Source: an uncultured Acidobacteriaceae bacterium (GTDB taxonomy: Bacteria > Acidobacteriota > Terriglobia > Terriglobales > Acidobacteriaceae). Taken from it: a stretch of DNA of 64,000 nucleotides. The notes beneath the pieces are model-generated. The model was given only the letters and a program-made list of their open reading frames with translations, was not told where the DNA came from and searched no databases. Shown piece by piece: positions 17,436 to 26,934 of this stretch; within the stretch, counting starts at the first letter, position 1, and every line of letters starts with the position of its first letter. The translations under genes and the position numbers were made by a program. The stretch lies in assembly GCA_963718985.1 (NCBI GenBank), contig CAVRAQ010000028.1, positions 5,048 to 69,047 on the forward strand, in the 5' to 3' direction.

Positions 17436-20180
17436 TTAGCGCGCCACCAGCCTGACTTGGCCCAGCAAGCCCGATGCCGTATGCGGTGCACTGCCGCGAT
17501 CTGTTCCGCCCATCGGCGCAGCCGGTGCACCCGAAGCGGCAGCCTGTCCCCGGCGTCCTCCCGCTGCCGCAGGAGGCGGCGGTGGCGCCGTGAATGGACT
17601 TGGACGCACGGGCGTGGTATCCACCTCGATCACCAGATCGTTTGCGCCCGCCTTCAGTGCTCCGGTCGCGTCCCAGCGATAAGGCTGCCAAGACCGGGCC
17701 CCCAGCTCTTTTCCGTTGAGCGTGACGCGCGCATAGTCGTTTACGTCGGCAATCTCCAGATACACGTGCTTGCCGGCAGGCGCCTTGGCCGCCGTGAACT
17801 GCCTGTGGTACGTTGCCGGCCCGGTAAAGGAATTTGCGCCCAACTCCTCCCACGATTTCAGAGATGTGGTCAACTGCTTGCCGTTCAGGTCCAGCGCCCA
17901 ATCTCCGTCCAACTCCAGGAGAGTGCTGCCGGAAGCAAACGACGGCTCCGCTGCGGCAACCCCTTTGGGCAACGGCCCCACCACAATCACCTTTGCTTCA
18001 TAGGGTCCGAGCACCAGGGGAATCTGCACCACATCCCCCTCGTACGTCGCGCCCGCCATGGGATGAATCTCGCCCGTGCCCAGGTCCCAGGCTTGCGCCT
18101 TGCCGTGTCCCGCGATGGTCGCCACGCGCGACTCAGCCTTGTCGCTCTCATTGAAGAAGTAGTACATGTCGCCATCGCGCCAGGTCCGGTGCGTGTAGGT
18201 AAGTCTCGGGAAGGCCGCGTCCAGCTTCACATCCAGGCTGGGAAGCGCTGCAATCACCTGTGCCGTAATATCGCCTGAAGGCTCAATCAGCGTGGCGAAG
18301 CTCAGATCGGGCACGTCCTTGGCATCCATGAACGTCCTGTCCAGGATCAACCTCGGGGGCTTGCCGACGAAGATCACCTTGCCGCCCTTTTGCGCAAACT
18401 CTTTCAGCCGTTCCAGCCCGGTGCGCGTGATTACTGTCATTGAGGGCAATACGATCGCCTTGTAAACCTGGCCGCTCAGATTTTTGAAGCCGCCGTCCTC
18501 CAAGGTGGCCACCGAACTGAGCGACTGCTCATCGAAATAGTCCCAGTCCACCTGGTGTTCAAACAGCTCCCAACCCAGCTTGGTGGTGCTTCGGTCAGAT
18601 TCCACTGCGTCTTCGCCGCCCAGCCAGATGCTGTTGCCGGGATGGTACAGCCCAACCTGCGCCGCCGGGCGGCCGATGGCCATCAAATAGCCGGCGCGAT
18701 TGGCATACCAGGCAATCATCGGGGCCTCCGGCGGCACTGGAGGCGGCGGGCCGGTCACTGGCTCGCCGCCAGCGCCGCGCATGATCGGAGTCCGCAGTTG
18801 CAGCGCGTTCACCCCCCGCACCGCTTGAAAATCCAATTGGTACTTGCCGTCGATTCCCACGCCGCCGCCCTCTTCGGCCCACACCTTTGGTTTGCCGAAC
18901 AGATGCGCCGCCGACGAGGCCAGCTTGGGAAAATTGTTGTTGATGTTCCACTTCCCGTCCGGTACGTGCACCGCATCCGGAACCAGCTGGTCAAGATTAT
19001 CGATTCCCGGCACCTCCACATACCGCTCGTCGCGGAAATAGTCGCCTTCGCTGTGCTCCAGCGCCAGCATGGTCTCTTCGTGATTCAGATGGACCAGGTA
19101 CTCCACGTTGTGTTCTTTGGCCCACGCAGCCTGTTCTCCGAAAAAGGAGCTGCGGAAGATCCCGCTCCAAACGTCATAGTAGTCGGCCATGGCGCGTTGC
19201 GACTGCTCCGTCGGTTGGTGCAAGAACCACTGTGGAATATAAGGCGTCAGATCGTAGCCCTTCTGCTCTTTGAACTTATCCAGCAGCGTGGGAGTCCATG
19301 GAATGCCGCTGCTCCAGTCCGGCTCATCGCCGAAAAAGCCCAGCACGATCTTGCCGAACTGGTCGCCGACCGCGGCTCTGTAGGTCTCATGCACGATCTT
19401 GAGAAAGGCGTCAGTGGCCTTGGGATCGAGGTAGTCGATCAGCGAGTAGGTCCCGTCTTTCGCGCGCGTCCCGTCTGCCCGATTGAAGTTTCGCGTCGGC
19501 GAGCTCAGGTAGACGTGGCGCACAAACTGGACCTGCCAGTTGTAATGAGGCTCGCGGGGCGTCGAGCCCTCGGCCGGCGTCAGCCACTTCAGCTCAAAGT
19601 CCGGCGGGACTGGAATCGGAATCACCTGCTTGATCTGCTGGCTCGTATCGGTCTCGATCGCCATGATGGCCAGCGTGTCCTTGGGCACCGGCATTGAAAG
19701 CGTCTGCCCGGGCTGAACGCGCACCTGGATATCCGCGACGATATCCTGCATCCCCAGCTGCGGGTAGCGCTCGCTGATGTAACCGCCGGCAAACCCGCTG
19801 GGATAATCCGACTCGTCCTGGATCCACAGCCGCATGTTTCGCTTCGCTGCCTCCTGGACCGTGAACTTCACCTGGTCCATGTGCTCCGGCGAAAGATACT
19901 TGCCCTCGCCTGGGGCCCTTCGTCCCGGGGAGAGATTCACGATGAAGATGCCGTTGGCCGAGAGCCGGTCGAAGTCACGGACGATCCTCGCTCTTACTTC
20001 CTGGGGATCGGCTCCATTCCAGCTCGCAAACGGCTGAATGGCGCCATACTCGTGCGGAGGCGCCTTGAAATTCGCGGCTGCCTCGCCCACCGACGGCACC
20101 GTAATCTCCTGCCAGGGGCGCTGCGCCTGCATCGCCGGAGCAAGCAGCGGCAAAAGAAATATCGTAAGGAAGGTTTTCAT
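17436..20180 (-). CDS. Secreted glycoside hydrolase, GH106 (alpha-L-rhamnosidase-like) with C-terminal GH2-type sugar-binding domain
   Basis: Signal peptide MKTFLTIFLLPLLAPAMQA; WIQDESDYPSGFAGG, IDYLDPKA, FFGDEP, VPGID and KLASSAAHLFGK motifs; C-terminal FTGPATY...PYRWD...SGLLGQV. Confidence 0.8.
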   Translation of the reverse strand: MKTFLTIFLLPLLAPAMQAQRPWQEITVPSVGEAAANFKAPPHEYGAIQPFASWNGADPQEVRARIVRDFDRLSANGIFIVNLSPGRRAPGEGKYLSPEHMDQVKFTVQEAAKRNMRLWIQDESDYPSGFAGGYISERYPQLGMQDIVADIQVRVQPGQTLSMPVPKDTLAIMAIETDTSQQIKQVIPIPVPPDFELKWLTPAEGSTPREPHYNWQVQFVRHVYLSSPTRNFNRADGTRAKDGTYSLIDYLDPKATDAFLKIVHETYRAAVGDQFGKIVLGFFGDEPDWSSGIPWTPTLLDKFKEQKGYDLTPYIPQWFLHQPTEQSQRAMADYYDVWSGIFRSSFFGEQAAWAKEHNVEYLVHLNHEETMLALEHSEGDYFRDERYVEVPGIDNLDQLVPDAVHVPDGKWNINNNFPKLASSAAHLFGKPKVWAEEGGGVGIDGKYQLDFQAVRGVNALQLRTPIMRGAGGEPVTGPPPPVPPEAPMIAWYANRAGYLMAIGRPAAQVGLYHPGNSIWLGGEDAVESDRSTTKLGWELFEHQVDWDYFDEQSLSSVATLEDGGFKNLSGQVYKAIVLPSMTVITRTGLERLKEFAQKGGKVIFVGKPPRLILDRTFMDAKDVPDLSFATLIEPSGDITAQVIAALPSLDVKLDAAFPRLTYTHRTWRDGDMYYFFNESDKAESRVATIAGHGKAQAWDLGTGEIHPMAGATYEGDVVQIPLVLGPYEAKVIVVGPLPKGVAAAEPSFASGSTLLELDGDWALDLNGKQLTTSLKSWEELGANSFTGPATYHRQFTAAKAPAGKHVYLEIADVNDYARVTLNGKELGARSWQPYRWDATGALKAGANDLVIEVDTTPVRPSPFTAPPPPPAAAGGRRGQAAASGAPAAPMGGTDRGSAPHTASGLLGQVRLVAR

Positions 20181-20515
20181 CGGGAATCTCCGTTTCGGAA
20201 TTGAGTCGCTCGAATTGTACTGCCCGCGGACCGTCTGCACAAAGACCAGCGCCGGTAACAATCGCACCTGGCAGCGCAACGCTGACCTGCAAAACGAGCG
20301 GGGTGCTTGTTCCATCGGGTTGCTCACTATCGCTTCCGGAAACGCCCCAGTGTTCAGGAATAAGGTAGTTATTGGATGGCCGGAAACTCAGGGAGTTGAC
20401 TGCCCTCTCTGTGATTGGCACGGATCATCACGTTTCACAGCGGCCTCGTGCCGATGCGAATCGGTCTTCTCAAGCAAGCTGGCGTTGGATGGAGCTTCAG
20501 GATCAAAGCAGAATC

Positions 20516-20587
20516 AAAAAAACGCGGCGATCGAAGGGTCAACCGTATGGGTCGGACACCCCGGAAGGATCCCTCTTCGTCGCCGCG
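20516..20587 (-). terminator. Extended hairpin plus T7 tract, probable terminator of the 115-aa gene
   Basis: On the minus strand: CGCGGCGACGAAGAGGG...CCCTTCGATCGCCGCG followed by TTTTTTT. Confidence 0.55.
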
Positions 20588-20721
20588 CGGAAGCTATCGA
20601 TGAAAACGGCAAGCGAGAACCTGAATCAATTCCCTCGATCCTGCCATGGCGGCGATACGCTGTCGCCGGATTGCAATGTCCCAAAAAAGTTCTTCCGCCT
20701 CGCCCGCGGATTATCGCCACT

Positions 20722-21069
20722 CTACTGTCCGGAACTCGGTGCGCCTTCCAGTTCAAGGCTGACGTTGCTCAGGTGAATGATATTCAGAACGTCCGCTCCG
20801 CCCTGCGTGTTGGTTTCCACCCCGGGGGCGCTCTTTTCGTCGATCACTTTTGCCGAAAACGTGACCACGGCCTTCTGGTTCTGCGTCAGAGTAGCCTGAA
20901 CATTCGATCCGGAGCCTGTCCAGGTCAGTTTGTAATCACCCGCGGGAACCTTCGTCGATCCTACCTGCACAGTCGTCGGGATGGTCACGGTTGGGGATTT
21001 CTTGCTGCTGCCAAAAGCAGGGGCAGCAACCATAGCCAGCATCAATGCGAAACCAAAGAAACGCTTCAT
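20722..21069 (-). CDS. Small secreted beta-rich hypothetical protein (115 aa)
   Basis: Signal peptide, GAGGAG RBS, VQVGSTKVPAGDYKLTW motif. Confidence 0.85.
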   Translation of the reverse strand: MKRFFGFALMLAMVAAPAFGSSKKSPTVTIPTTVQVGSTKVPAGDYKLTWTGSGSNVQATLTQNQKAVVTFSAKVIDEKSAPGVETNTQGGADVLNIIHLSNVSLELEGAPSSGQ

Positions 21070-21152
21070 TTGTATCTCCTCAATTGCCTCGCGAGTTTTT
21101 TCCGTCGCAGCAGGCGTTGAGAGGATTACACTACGGCTCGTCGTTTTTGAAC

Positions 21153-21168
21153 CTTAAGAATTCTTAAG
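21153..21168. promoter_or_regulatory. Putative response-regulator site CTTAAG-N4-CTTAAG
   Basis: Perfect palindrome and 10-bp direct repeat about 22 bp upstream of a TGTAAT -10-like element on the minus strand; near copy at 23494-23509. Confidence 0.5.
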
Positions 21169-21198
21169 AGGTGGGTTGGCTTTGAACCCAGAGAATTC

Positions 21199-21330
21199 GG
21201 CAATGGGCCAGTTTGAAGAGTACGGGCTTCAGCACGTGAAGGGTACGGGCTTTAGCCCGTACATAAACCCGGCAACACCAACGTGGGCTTTAGCCCCTGA
21301 GGGAATGCTCCTTCAAAGTGACCCACTACC
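21199..21330. mobile_element. 132-bp MITE with 19-bp imperfect TIRs and 8-bp target duplication
   Basis: Left GGCAATGGGCCAGTTTGAA versus reverse complement of right end GGTAGTGGGTCACTTTGAA (15/19); GAGAATTC directly repeated at 21191-21198 and 21331-21338; internal GGGCTTTAGCCC hairpins. Confidence 0.8.
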
Positions 21331-21379
21331 GAGAATTCTAAGGACTTGCGAACCGAACGATTGAGACCGACGCTTCGCG

Positions 21380-22699
21380 TCAATTCAGCGAGGGCGTGGG
21401 CGCCGCGCAAAGCGGGATCGTGATTCTTACCCGCAGACCGGGCGATGCGTTTTCTGCGGTGATCGTGCCGTGATGCACTTGCACGGCCTGTTTTGCAATG
21501 GACAAGCCCAGCCCCGATCCCCCGCTCATCGCATCGCGCGCCTCATCTACACGGAAGAATGGATCGAAGATCCGTGTAAGTGCGTCCTCGGGAACACCCG
21601 GGCCATAATCGCGGATCGCAATGGTCACCAGGCGGGAATCTTCAGCGATGGACACCTCGACAGTGGATTGTTCCGGCGCATAGCGAATCCCATTGCGCAG
21701 CACATTCTCCACTGCGCGCCTCAGCAGTTCAGGATTGCCCATCACCTGGCCCTCAAGCCGGCCATTCACCGCGATGCGGCAGCCGCGAATCTCCGCTTCT
21801 ACCTGGCAATCGCGAATGACTTCATCCATGATGTCTCCGGCTCGCGCAATCTCGGTGCCTTCCACGATAGGGCCGCATTCAATGAAGTTGATTTCCAGAA
21901 TGTCGGCCACCAGCGAGGAGATTCGGTCCACATCACGCTCGATACGATCGAGCGCCGCTTTGCTGTCCGCGGAGGTTCTGGCCAGCTTGATGGCGAACTT
22001 CAGCCGCGCCAGCGGCGATCTAAGTTCGTGCGATATGTCCCCCAGCAGCCTTCGCTCACTCACAATCAATCGTTCCAGGCGTTCGGCCATTTGATTGAAC
22101 GAGCGCCCCAGTTGTCCAATCTCATCCTGCCGTCTGGTTTGCACGCGAACCGACAGGTTGCCCTGGCCGAAGAGCGCAATCGAGGCCGCGATCCTGCGCA
22201 CCGGCGACACCACGCCAACCGACGCCAACCAGCAAAGAACCGCCGTGGCGCCGATCACCAGAAAGTAGTAGGGAAGATACGTCCAGATATGCGGTCCTTC
22301 GGGCACGCCCACGGCGACAATCCAAAATTGTCCGTCCGCCGATCGGTGAGCTCTGATGTAGTGGCCATTCGCACGGGTGCGCCATTGGGAGCGGGGAGGA
22401 GGAGGCAAAAACGCGGCTCTGTCTTCCCCGGTTACCTGGTCTATCCCGCGCGAATCGAGCAAATAATGGGATGATCCCCCAAAGACGCGGTCCAGCCTTG
22501 ACAGATAATCTTCGAGCGCCTTCGGTCCGCCGCTGCCCAATGCTCCCCGCGCACTCTCCAGTTCCAATACGTCAATGCGATCGAATGCGGGATCGATGGT
22601 CTTTTGCTGCAGGCGATTTGAGATGGCGTGAAAAACAAGGAAAGAAAGCGACAGCGTGATCGCCATTGCCAGCAGAACGCCGAGATAGAGAGACTTCAT
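21380..22699 (-). CDS. Sensor histidine kinase, CpxA-like
   Basis: HAMP DEIGQLGRSFNQMAERLE, DISHELRSPLARL, ENVLRNG, RDYGPGVPE, PFFRVDEAR, GGSGLGL. Confidence 0.93.
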   Translation of the reverse strand: MKSLYLGVLLAMAITLSLSFLVFHAISNRLQQKTIDPAFDRIDVLELESARGALGSGGPKALEDYLSRLDRVFGGSSHYLLDSRGIDQVTGEDRAAFLPPPPRSQWRTRANGHYIRAHRSADGQFWIVAVGVPEGPHIWTYLPYYFLVIGATAVLCWLASVGVVSPVRRIAASIALFGQGNLSVRVQTRRQDEIGQLGRSFNQMAERLERLIVSERRLLGDISHELRSPLARLKFAIKLARTSADSKAALDRIERDVDRISSLVADILEINFIECGPIVEGTEIARAGDIMDEVIRDCQVEAEIRGCRIAVNGRLEGQVMGNPELLRRAVENVLRNGIRYAPEQSTVEVSIAEDSRLVTIAIRDYGPGVPEDALTRIFDPFFRVDEARDAMSGGSGLGLSIAKQAVQVHHGTITAENASPGLRVRITIPLCAAPTPSLN

Positions 22700-22709
22700 G
22701 GGCAGTGTT

Positions 22710-23411
22710 CTAAGCCGTTCCGGTAAATACATACCCAACTCCCCTGACTGCGCGGATCAGATTCCGGCCGCCTTCCAGCTTCTTGCGCAAATGACTGATG
22801 TGCACATCGAGAAAGCGATCGTACGGTGTCGCCTCGCGCTCAAACAGGGCCATCGTGATCTCGTCTCGCGAGACCACACGGCCCGCGGAGCGCATCAGCA
22901 TCTCCAGCAGGTCAAACTCGATCGCCGTCAGATCCACCGCTGAGCCCGCAACCCACACCTCGCGCGTCCCGGGGTTCACCTGCATGTCGCCGACGGTTAC
23001 AACCGCGTTGCCTTTCCCGCTCGCCGCATCGGCGCGCCGTAGTACAGCGCGAATCCGAGCCAGTAGTTCATCCGGATTGAAAGGCTTGGGAAGATAGTCA
23101 TCGGCTCCCGTATTCAGGCCCAGGATCCGGTCGTGCTGTTGCACTCGCGCGGTCAACATGATCACCGGAACGTCTTTTCGCCGCCGCAACTGTTGCAGCA
23201 ACGTCAGGCCGTCGAAGACCGGCAGCATCACATCGAGAATTACCAGATCGTATGCGCCGTTGAGCGCACTGTTCAAGCCATCCCGGCCATTGTAGGCGCA
23301 ATCCAGATGATGGCCGGCTTCGGCAAAAAACTCCTTCATCATCCCGCACAGCTCAACGTCGTCATCGACGAGCAGGAGTGATAGTTGTTTTTGCTTTTCC
23401 GCACTCTCCAT
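22710..23411 (-). CDS. OmpR-family response regulator, CpxR-like
   Basis: LVDDDVEL, LDVMLP, GADDYLPKPF, DRFLDVHISHLRKKL, VRGVGY. Confidence 0.94.
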   Translation of the reverse strand: MESAEKQKQLSLLLVDDDVELCGMMKEFFAEAGHHLDCAYNGRDGLNSALNGAYDLVILDVMLPVFDGLTLLQQLRRRKDVPVIMLTARVQQHDRILGLNTGADDYLPKPFNPDELLARIRAVLRRADAASGKGNAVVTVGDMQVNPGTREVWVAGSAVDLTAIEFDLLEMLMRSAGRVVSRDEITMALFEREATPYDRFLDVHISHLRKKLEGGRNLIRAVRGVGYVFTGTA

Positions 23412-23493
23412 CTCTGCTGCCTCAGGAACCGGCGGTCGCTTCGCAACCCCATCGCTTCCTCAGTCTCGCACAGATTTGAGCGGCGGCAGCTTG

Positions 23494-23509
23494 CTTAACA
23501 AATCTTAAG
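23494..23509. promoter_or_regulatory. Putative autoregulatory site CTTAAC-N4-CTTAAG
   Basis: Matches 21153-21168 at 14 of 16 positions; about 80 bp upstream of the regulator start. Confidence 0.45.
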
Positions 23510-23603
23510 GAAATGCGCGGCGGCAAAGCGCCGGCGAGCTGTGCCATGAATCAGGCCGAAATCTTGCGCCGCGCTCGAAGGATTGCGACTGAAACACAGT
23601 TCC

Positions 23604-24725
23604 CTAGGGCATCTCTCGTGCGGTACTCATTTGTACGTCATCCTCATGCCGGACGAAACATCGCTTTTGTATCCAGAATGCGACGTTGACCAGCCCAATA
23701 AGTGCCGGTACTTCAATGAGCGGGCCAACCACGCCAACGAATGCCTCGCCCGAATTCAGGCCAAACACAGCAACGGCTACCGCAATTGCCAACTCGAAGT
23801 TGTTGCCCGCGGCCGTGAACGACAGGGTAGCGGATTGCGCGTAGTTGGCGCCGAGCCGTTTGCCCATCCAGAAGCTGACCAGAAACATGATGAGGAAGTA
23901 AATGACCAGGGGGATTGCGACGCGAATCACATCCAGCGGCAGGCGCACAATCAGATCGCCCTTGAGCGAGAACATCACCAGAATGGTAAAGAGCAGGGCA
24001 ACCAATGTTAGCGGACTAACCCTGGGAATGAAACGCGTCCGGTACCATTCCTCTCCTTTAAGCTGAATGAGAACAAAGCGTGTAACGAACCCCGAGGCGA
24101 ATGGAATGCCAAGGTAGATTGCGACGCTCTTAGCGATTTGCGCGATACTCACCTGCACGACGCTTCCTTGCAGTCCAAACCACTTTGGAAGCACGGTAAT
24201 GAAGGCCCATGCGTAAAAGCTGTAGAAGAGCACCTGAAAGACGCTGTTGATTGCGACTAGGCCGGCAACGTAGTCCGTGTCACCGTCGGCCAACTCATTC
24301 CATACCAGCACCATCGCGATACAGCGTGCGATACCGATCAGGATGAGTCCGCGCATATAGGCGGGTTCGCCGCGAAGGAACAAGATGGCCAGGAAGAACA
24401 TCAAGACCGGCCCAACCACCCAGTTCTGGACCAGCGACAGTCCTAGAACTCGTTTATTGCGAAAGACCTCGCCCAGCATCTCGTATCGCACCTTCGCTAG
24501 CGGCGGGAACATCATGACAATCAGCCCGATTGCGATCGGGATATTCGTCGTTCCACTCTGAAAGCGGTTGACGAATCCGGCGCAGCCTGGGATGAAGTGG
24601 CCGGCCGCAACTCCAATGACCATTGCCAGGAAAATCCAGAGCGTAAGGAAGCGGTCGAGGAAGGAGAGCTTCCTACGTTGCAACGGAGCGCAAATCTGGC
24701 CGTGCGTCAGCGGTGTGCTGGGCAT
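23604..24725 (-). CDS. acr3: ACR3-family arsenite efflux transporter
   Basis: [55 protein letters not shown]. Confidence 0.97.
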   Translation of the reverse strand: MPSTPLTHGQICAPLQRRKLSFLDRFLTLWIFLAMVIGVAAGHFIPGCAGFVNRFQSGTTNIPIAIGLIVMMFPPLAKVRYEMLGEVFRNKRVLGLSLVQNWVVGPVLMFFLAILFLRGEPAYMRGLILIGIARCIAMVLVWNELADGDTDYVAGLVAINSVFQVLFYSFYAWAFITVLPKWFGLQGSVVQVSIAQIAKSVAIYLGIPFASGFVTRFVLIQLKGEEWYRTRFIPRVSPLTLVALLFTILVMFSLKGDLIVRLPLDVIRVAIPLVIYFLIMFLVSFWMGKRLGANYAQSATLSFTAAGNNFELAIAVAVAVFGLNSGEAFVGVVGPLIEVPALIGLVNVAFWIQKRCFVRHEDDVQMSTAREMP

Positions 24726-24777
24726 TGTTATTTTGCCTCAAGAGCGATTGAAGAATCGACAGCGATGGGTGAAGACT

Positions 24778-25269
24778 TCATTGCCGGCCGATGTTGTCCA
24801 GCTCTCTCTGGATTGCGAATTGTCCCAACGTAGAAAGCGGCAAAGATAGGAAGAGGCTGATTCGCCGATCGAGGATAGAAAACGCATCACGGAAGGCGCG
24901 GTCAATCTCTTCAGGCGACCCCTTCACCGCGGCCGGATCGGGAACTCCCCAATGAGCTGTCATCGGCTGCCCCGGCCAGAACGGGCAAACTTCATTGGCT
25001 GCGTTGTCGCAAACCGTGAAAACAAAGTTCATCGTTGGCGCACCCTGACCCGCGAACTCTTCCCAGGACTTGCTCCGCAATCCCGCCGTCGATATGCCGG
25101 CGAGTTCGAGCTGCCTCAGCGCCTCGGGCCGGACCGCTCCGGACGGATGGCTGCCGGCGCTGTAAGCGGTGAATACACCCTTGCCCTTATGGGTCAGAAT
25201 GGCCTCGGCCAGAATGGAACGGGCCGAGTTGCCGGTACATAGAAACAACACATTGTAGTGATCGGGCAT
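24778..25269 (-). CDS. arsC: Arsenate reductase (LMW-PTPase/thioredoxin type)
   Basis: FLCTGNSARS, TVCDNAA..CP, HWGVPDPA. Confidence 0.95.
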   Translation of the reverse strand: MPDHYNVLFLCTGNSARSILAEAILTHKGKGVFTAYSAGSHPSGAVRPEALRQLELAGISTAGLRSKSWEEFAGQGAPTMNFVFTVCDNAANEVCPFWPGQPMTAHWGVPDPAAVKGSPEEIDRAFRDAFSILDRRISLFLSLPLSTLGQFAIQRELDNIGRQ

Positions 25270-25274
25270 TCGAG

Positions 25275-26159
25275 TCATCCTTTTCCTGTTTCGGACGTGG
25301 TTGAGCAGCATTCTGAACCGCAGCATGAACCCTCTTGAGGCGCTGCCGGCTTGGTGGCGCGGATGAACGCGCTCATGAATCGGCCCTGTGTCTGCGCCGC
25401 GATCGCGTCCACATCCATGCCCGAACCAATCAGAAACTGCCGCGCATCCTCAATGTCATAGACCCGGGTCGGCTCGACATCCACGCCAGAGAAGCCCGCG
25501 GCCTCAAGGCGTTTCCGGTAGTCCTGCTCCTCAAGCGCGCCTGCGACGCAACCCACCCAGAGCAGCATGCTCCGCCGCACCTGCTCTGGAACCTCGCCGC
25601 GCACCACTACATCGGATACGGCAAACCGCCCGCCCGGCTTCAAAACGCGAAATGCCTCCCGCAGCACCTTGTCCTTGTCCGCCGAGAGGTTGATCACGCA
25701 ATTCGAAATCACTACATCCACTGAATTGTCCGCCAGCGGAATGTTCTCGATCTCGCCCTTCAGGAACTCGACGTTTCCCTGGCCGGCCTGGCGCTGATTC
25801 TCACGGGCCAGGGCCAGCATATCGTCGGTCATGTCGAGGCCGTAGGCCTTGCCGGTGGGCCCAACCCGGCGCGCGGAGAGCAGCACGTCAATTCCGCCGC
25901 CTGACCCCAGATCGAGCACCACCTCGCCCGGTTTCAACTCAATCAGCGCGGTGGGATTGCCGCAGCCCAGCGACGCCAGCACAGCCTTCTCCGGAATCTG
26001 TCCCTTTTCATCGGAACTGTAGAGATTGGCAGTGATCGGGTCGCAACAGCGGAGCGCCGGGTCGCAGCATGAGGCCAGGCTTCCCGACTTCGCGATCGCG
26101 CGCGCGGCGCTGCCGTACTTCTCTTTCACTTCCTCTTTCACTTGAGTTTCGGCGTCCAT
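25275..26159 (-). CDS. arsM: Arsenite S-adenosylmethionine methyltransferase
   Basis: [32 protein letters not shown]; Cys pairs at both termini; GAGGAG RBS before 26159. Confidence 0.96.
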   Translation of the reverse strand: MDAETQVKEEVKEKYGSAARAIAKSGSLASCCDPALRCCDPITANLYSSDEKGQIPEKAVLASLGCGNPTALIELKPGEVVLDLGSGGGIDVLLSARRVGPTGKAYGLDMTDDMLALARENQRQAGQGNVEFLKGEIENIPLADNSVDVVISNCVINLSADKDKVLREAFRVLKPGGRFAVSDVVVRGEVPEQVRRSMLLWVGCVAGALEEQDYRKRLEAAGFSGVDVEPTRVYDIEDARQFLIGSGMDVDAIAAQTQGRFMSAFIRATKPAAPQEGSCCGSECCSTTSETGKG

Positions 26160-26172
26160 TTCAGTCTCCTCG

Positions 26173-26225
26173 TATACGTTAAAGCGAATATATCTCGGTC
26201 TGGACATATCTGTCAATGCGTATAT
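26173..26225. promoter_or_regulatory. Probable ArsR operators in the divergent promoter
   Basis: Two imperfect inverted repeats with 6-bp spacers: TATACG-N6-CGAATA (26173-26190) and ATATCTG-N6-CGTATAT (26206-26225). Confidence 0.5.
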
Positions 26226-26234
26226 TATTGACTC

Positions 26235-26657
26235 ATGAGTTTCCAGGCCAAGTCGTCCGATCTGACACCCCTGTTTGCGGCCCTTGCCGACCGAACGCGC
26301 CTACGCCTGCTCAACCTGATTGCGGGCCGCGAAGTGTGCGTCTGCTATCTGGTCGAGATCCTGCGCCAAAGCCAGCCCAAGATCTCCCGGCATCTCGCGT
26401 ATCTGCGAAAAGCGGGGGTGGTGGCCGCCCGGAGAGAAGGAAAGTGGATGCACTACCGCATCAGGCGCACCGAAATCGAACGCCCCGAGGATGCGGCGGC
26501 CGCTTCGATCCTGGATGCTGTGCTCGAATCATTCAAGTGGGATCGTGAAATGCAGTCCGACCTTGCCCGCCTCAGCCGGGCCTGCTGCCAGCCTGACAGA
26601 TTTGTCTCGCTTCAGGGAGCTCCCATGCCGATTCGCTCTCAGACCACTGTGGCTTGA
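26235..26657 (+). CDS. arsR: ArsR/SmtB-family arsenic-responsive repressor
   Basis: ALADRTRLRLL, EVCVCYL, SQPKISRHLAYLRKAG, REGKWMHY; C-terminal RACC. Confidence 0.95.
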   Translation: MSFQAKSSDLTPLFAALADRTRLRLLNLIAGREVCVCYLVEILRQSQPKISRHLAYLRKAGVVAARREGKWMHYRIRRTEIERPEDAAAASILDAVLESFKWDREMQSDLARLSRACCQPDRFVSLQGAPMPIRSQTTVA

Positions 26658-26934
26658 ACTCCCCTCACCTCAACTCTCTTTCAGGGCCTTCGGAGCAAAA
26701 ACGTTGGAGACCGTTGCCCTTATAGACGCTCGCCTCTTGATCGGTCGATGAAGAATCGCCAACTCGCGCTAAAGTGTTCTACTAGATAATTGACGGTGCG
26801 CCGTTGAGCTTCATCCGATCCCGTATTCGCCGGCTAACAGGCCTCGGATGCGGGACGGAATCAGACCACAATCTGACCCAGCCGAATGGGGCTCCTGCTC
26901 GATGCGCGCGCCAGTCCGTGGCGAAGGAGTCCTC

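Noticed and set aside
20038-21120. 360-aa plus-strand ORF
   Set aside because: Overlaps two better-supported minus-strand genes and a terminator; no motifs.
21199-21330. CRISPR array or tRNA interpretation of the repeated hairpins
   Set aside because: Repeats are unequal with no regular spacers, no cas genes, no cloverleaf; TIR plus duplication explains it better.
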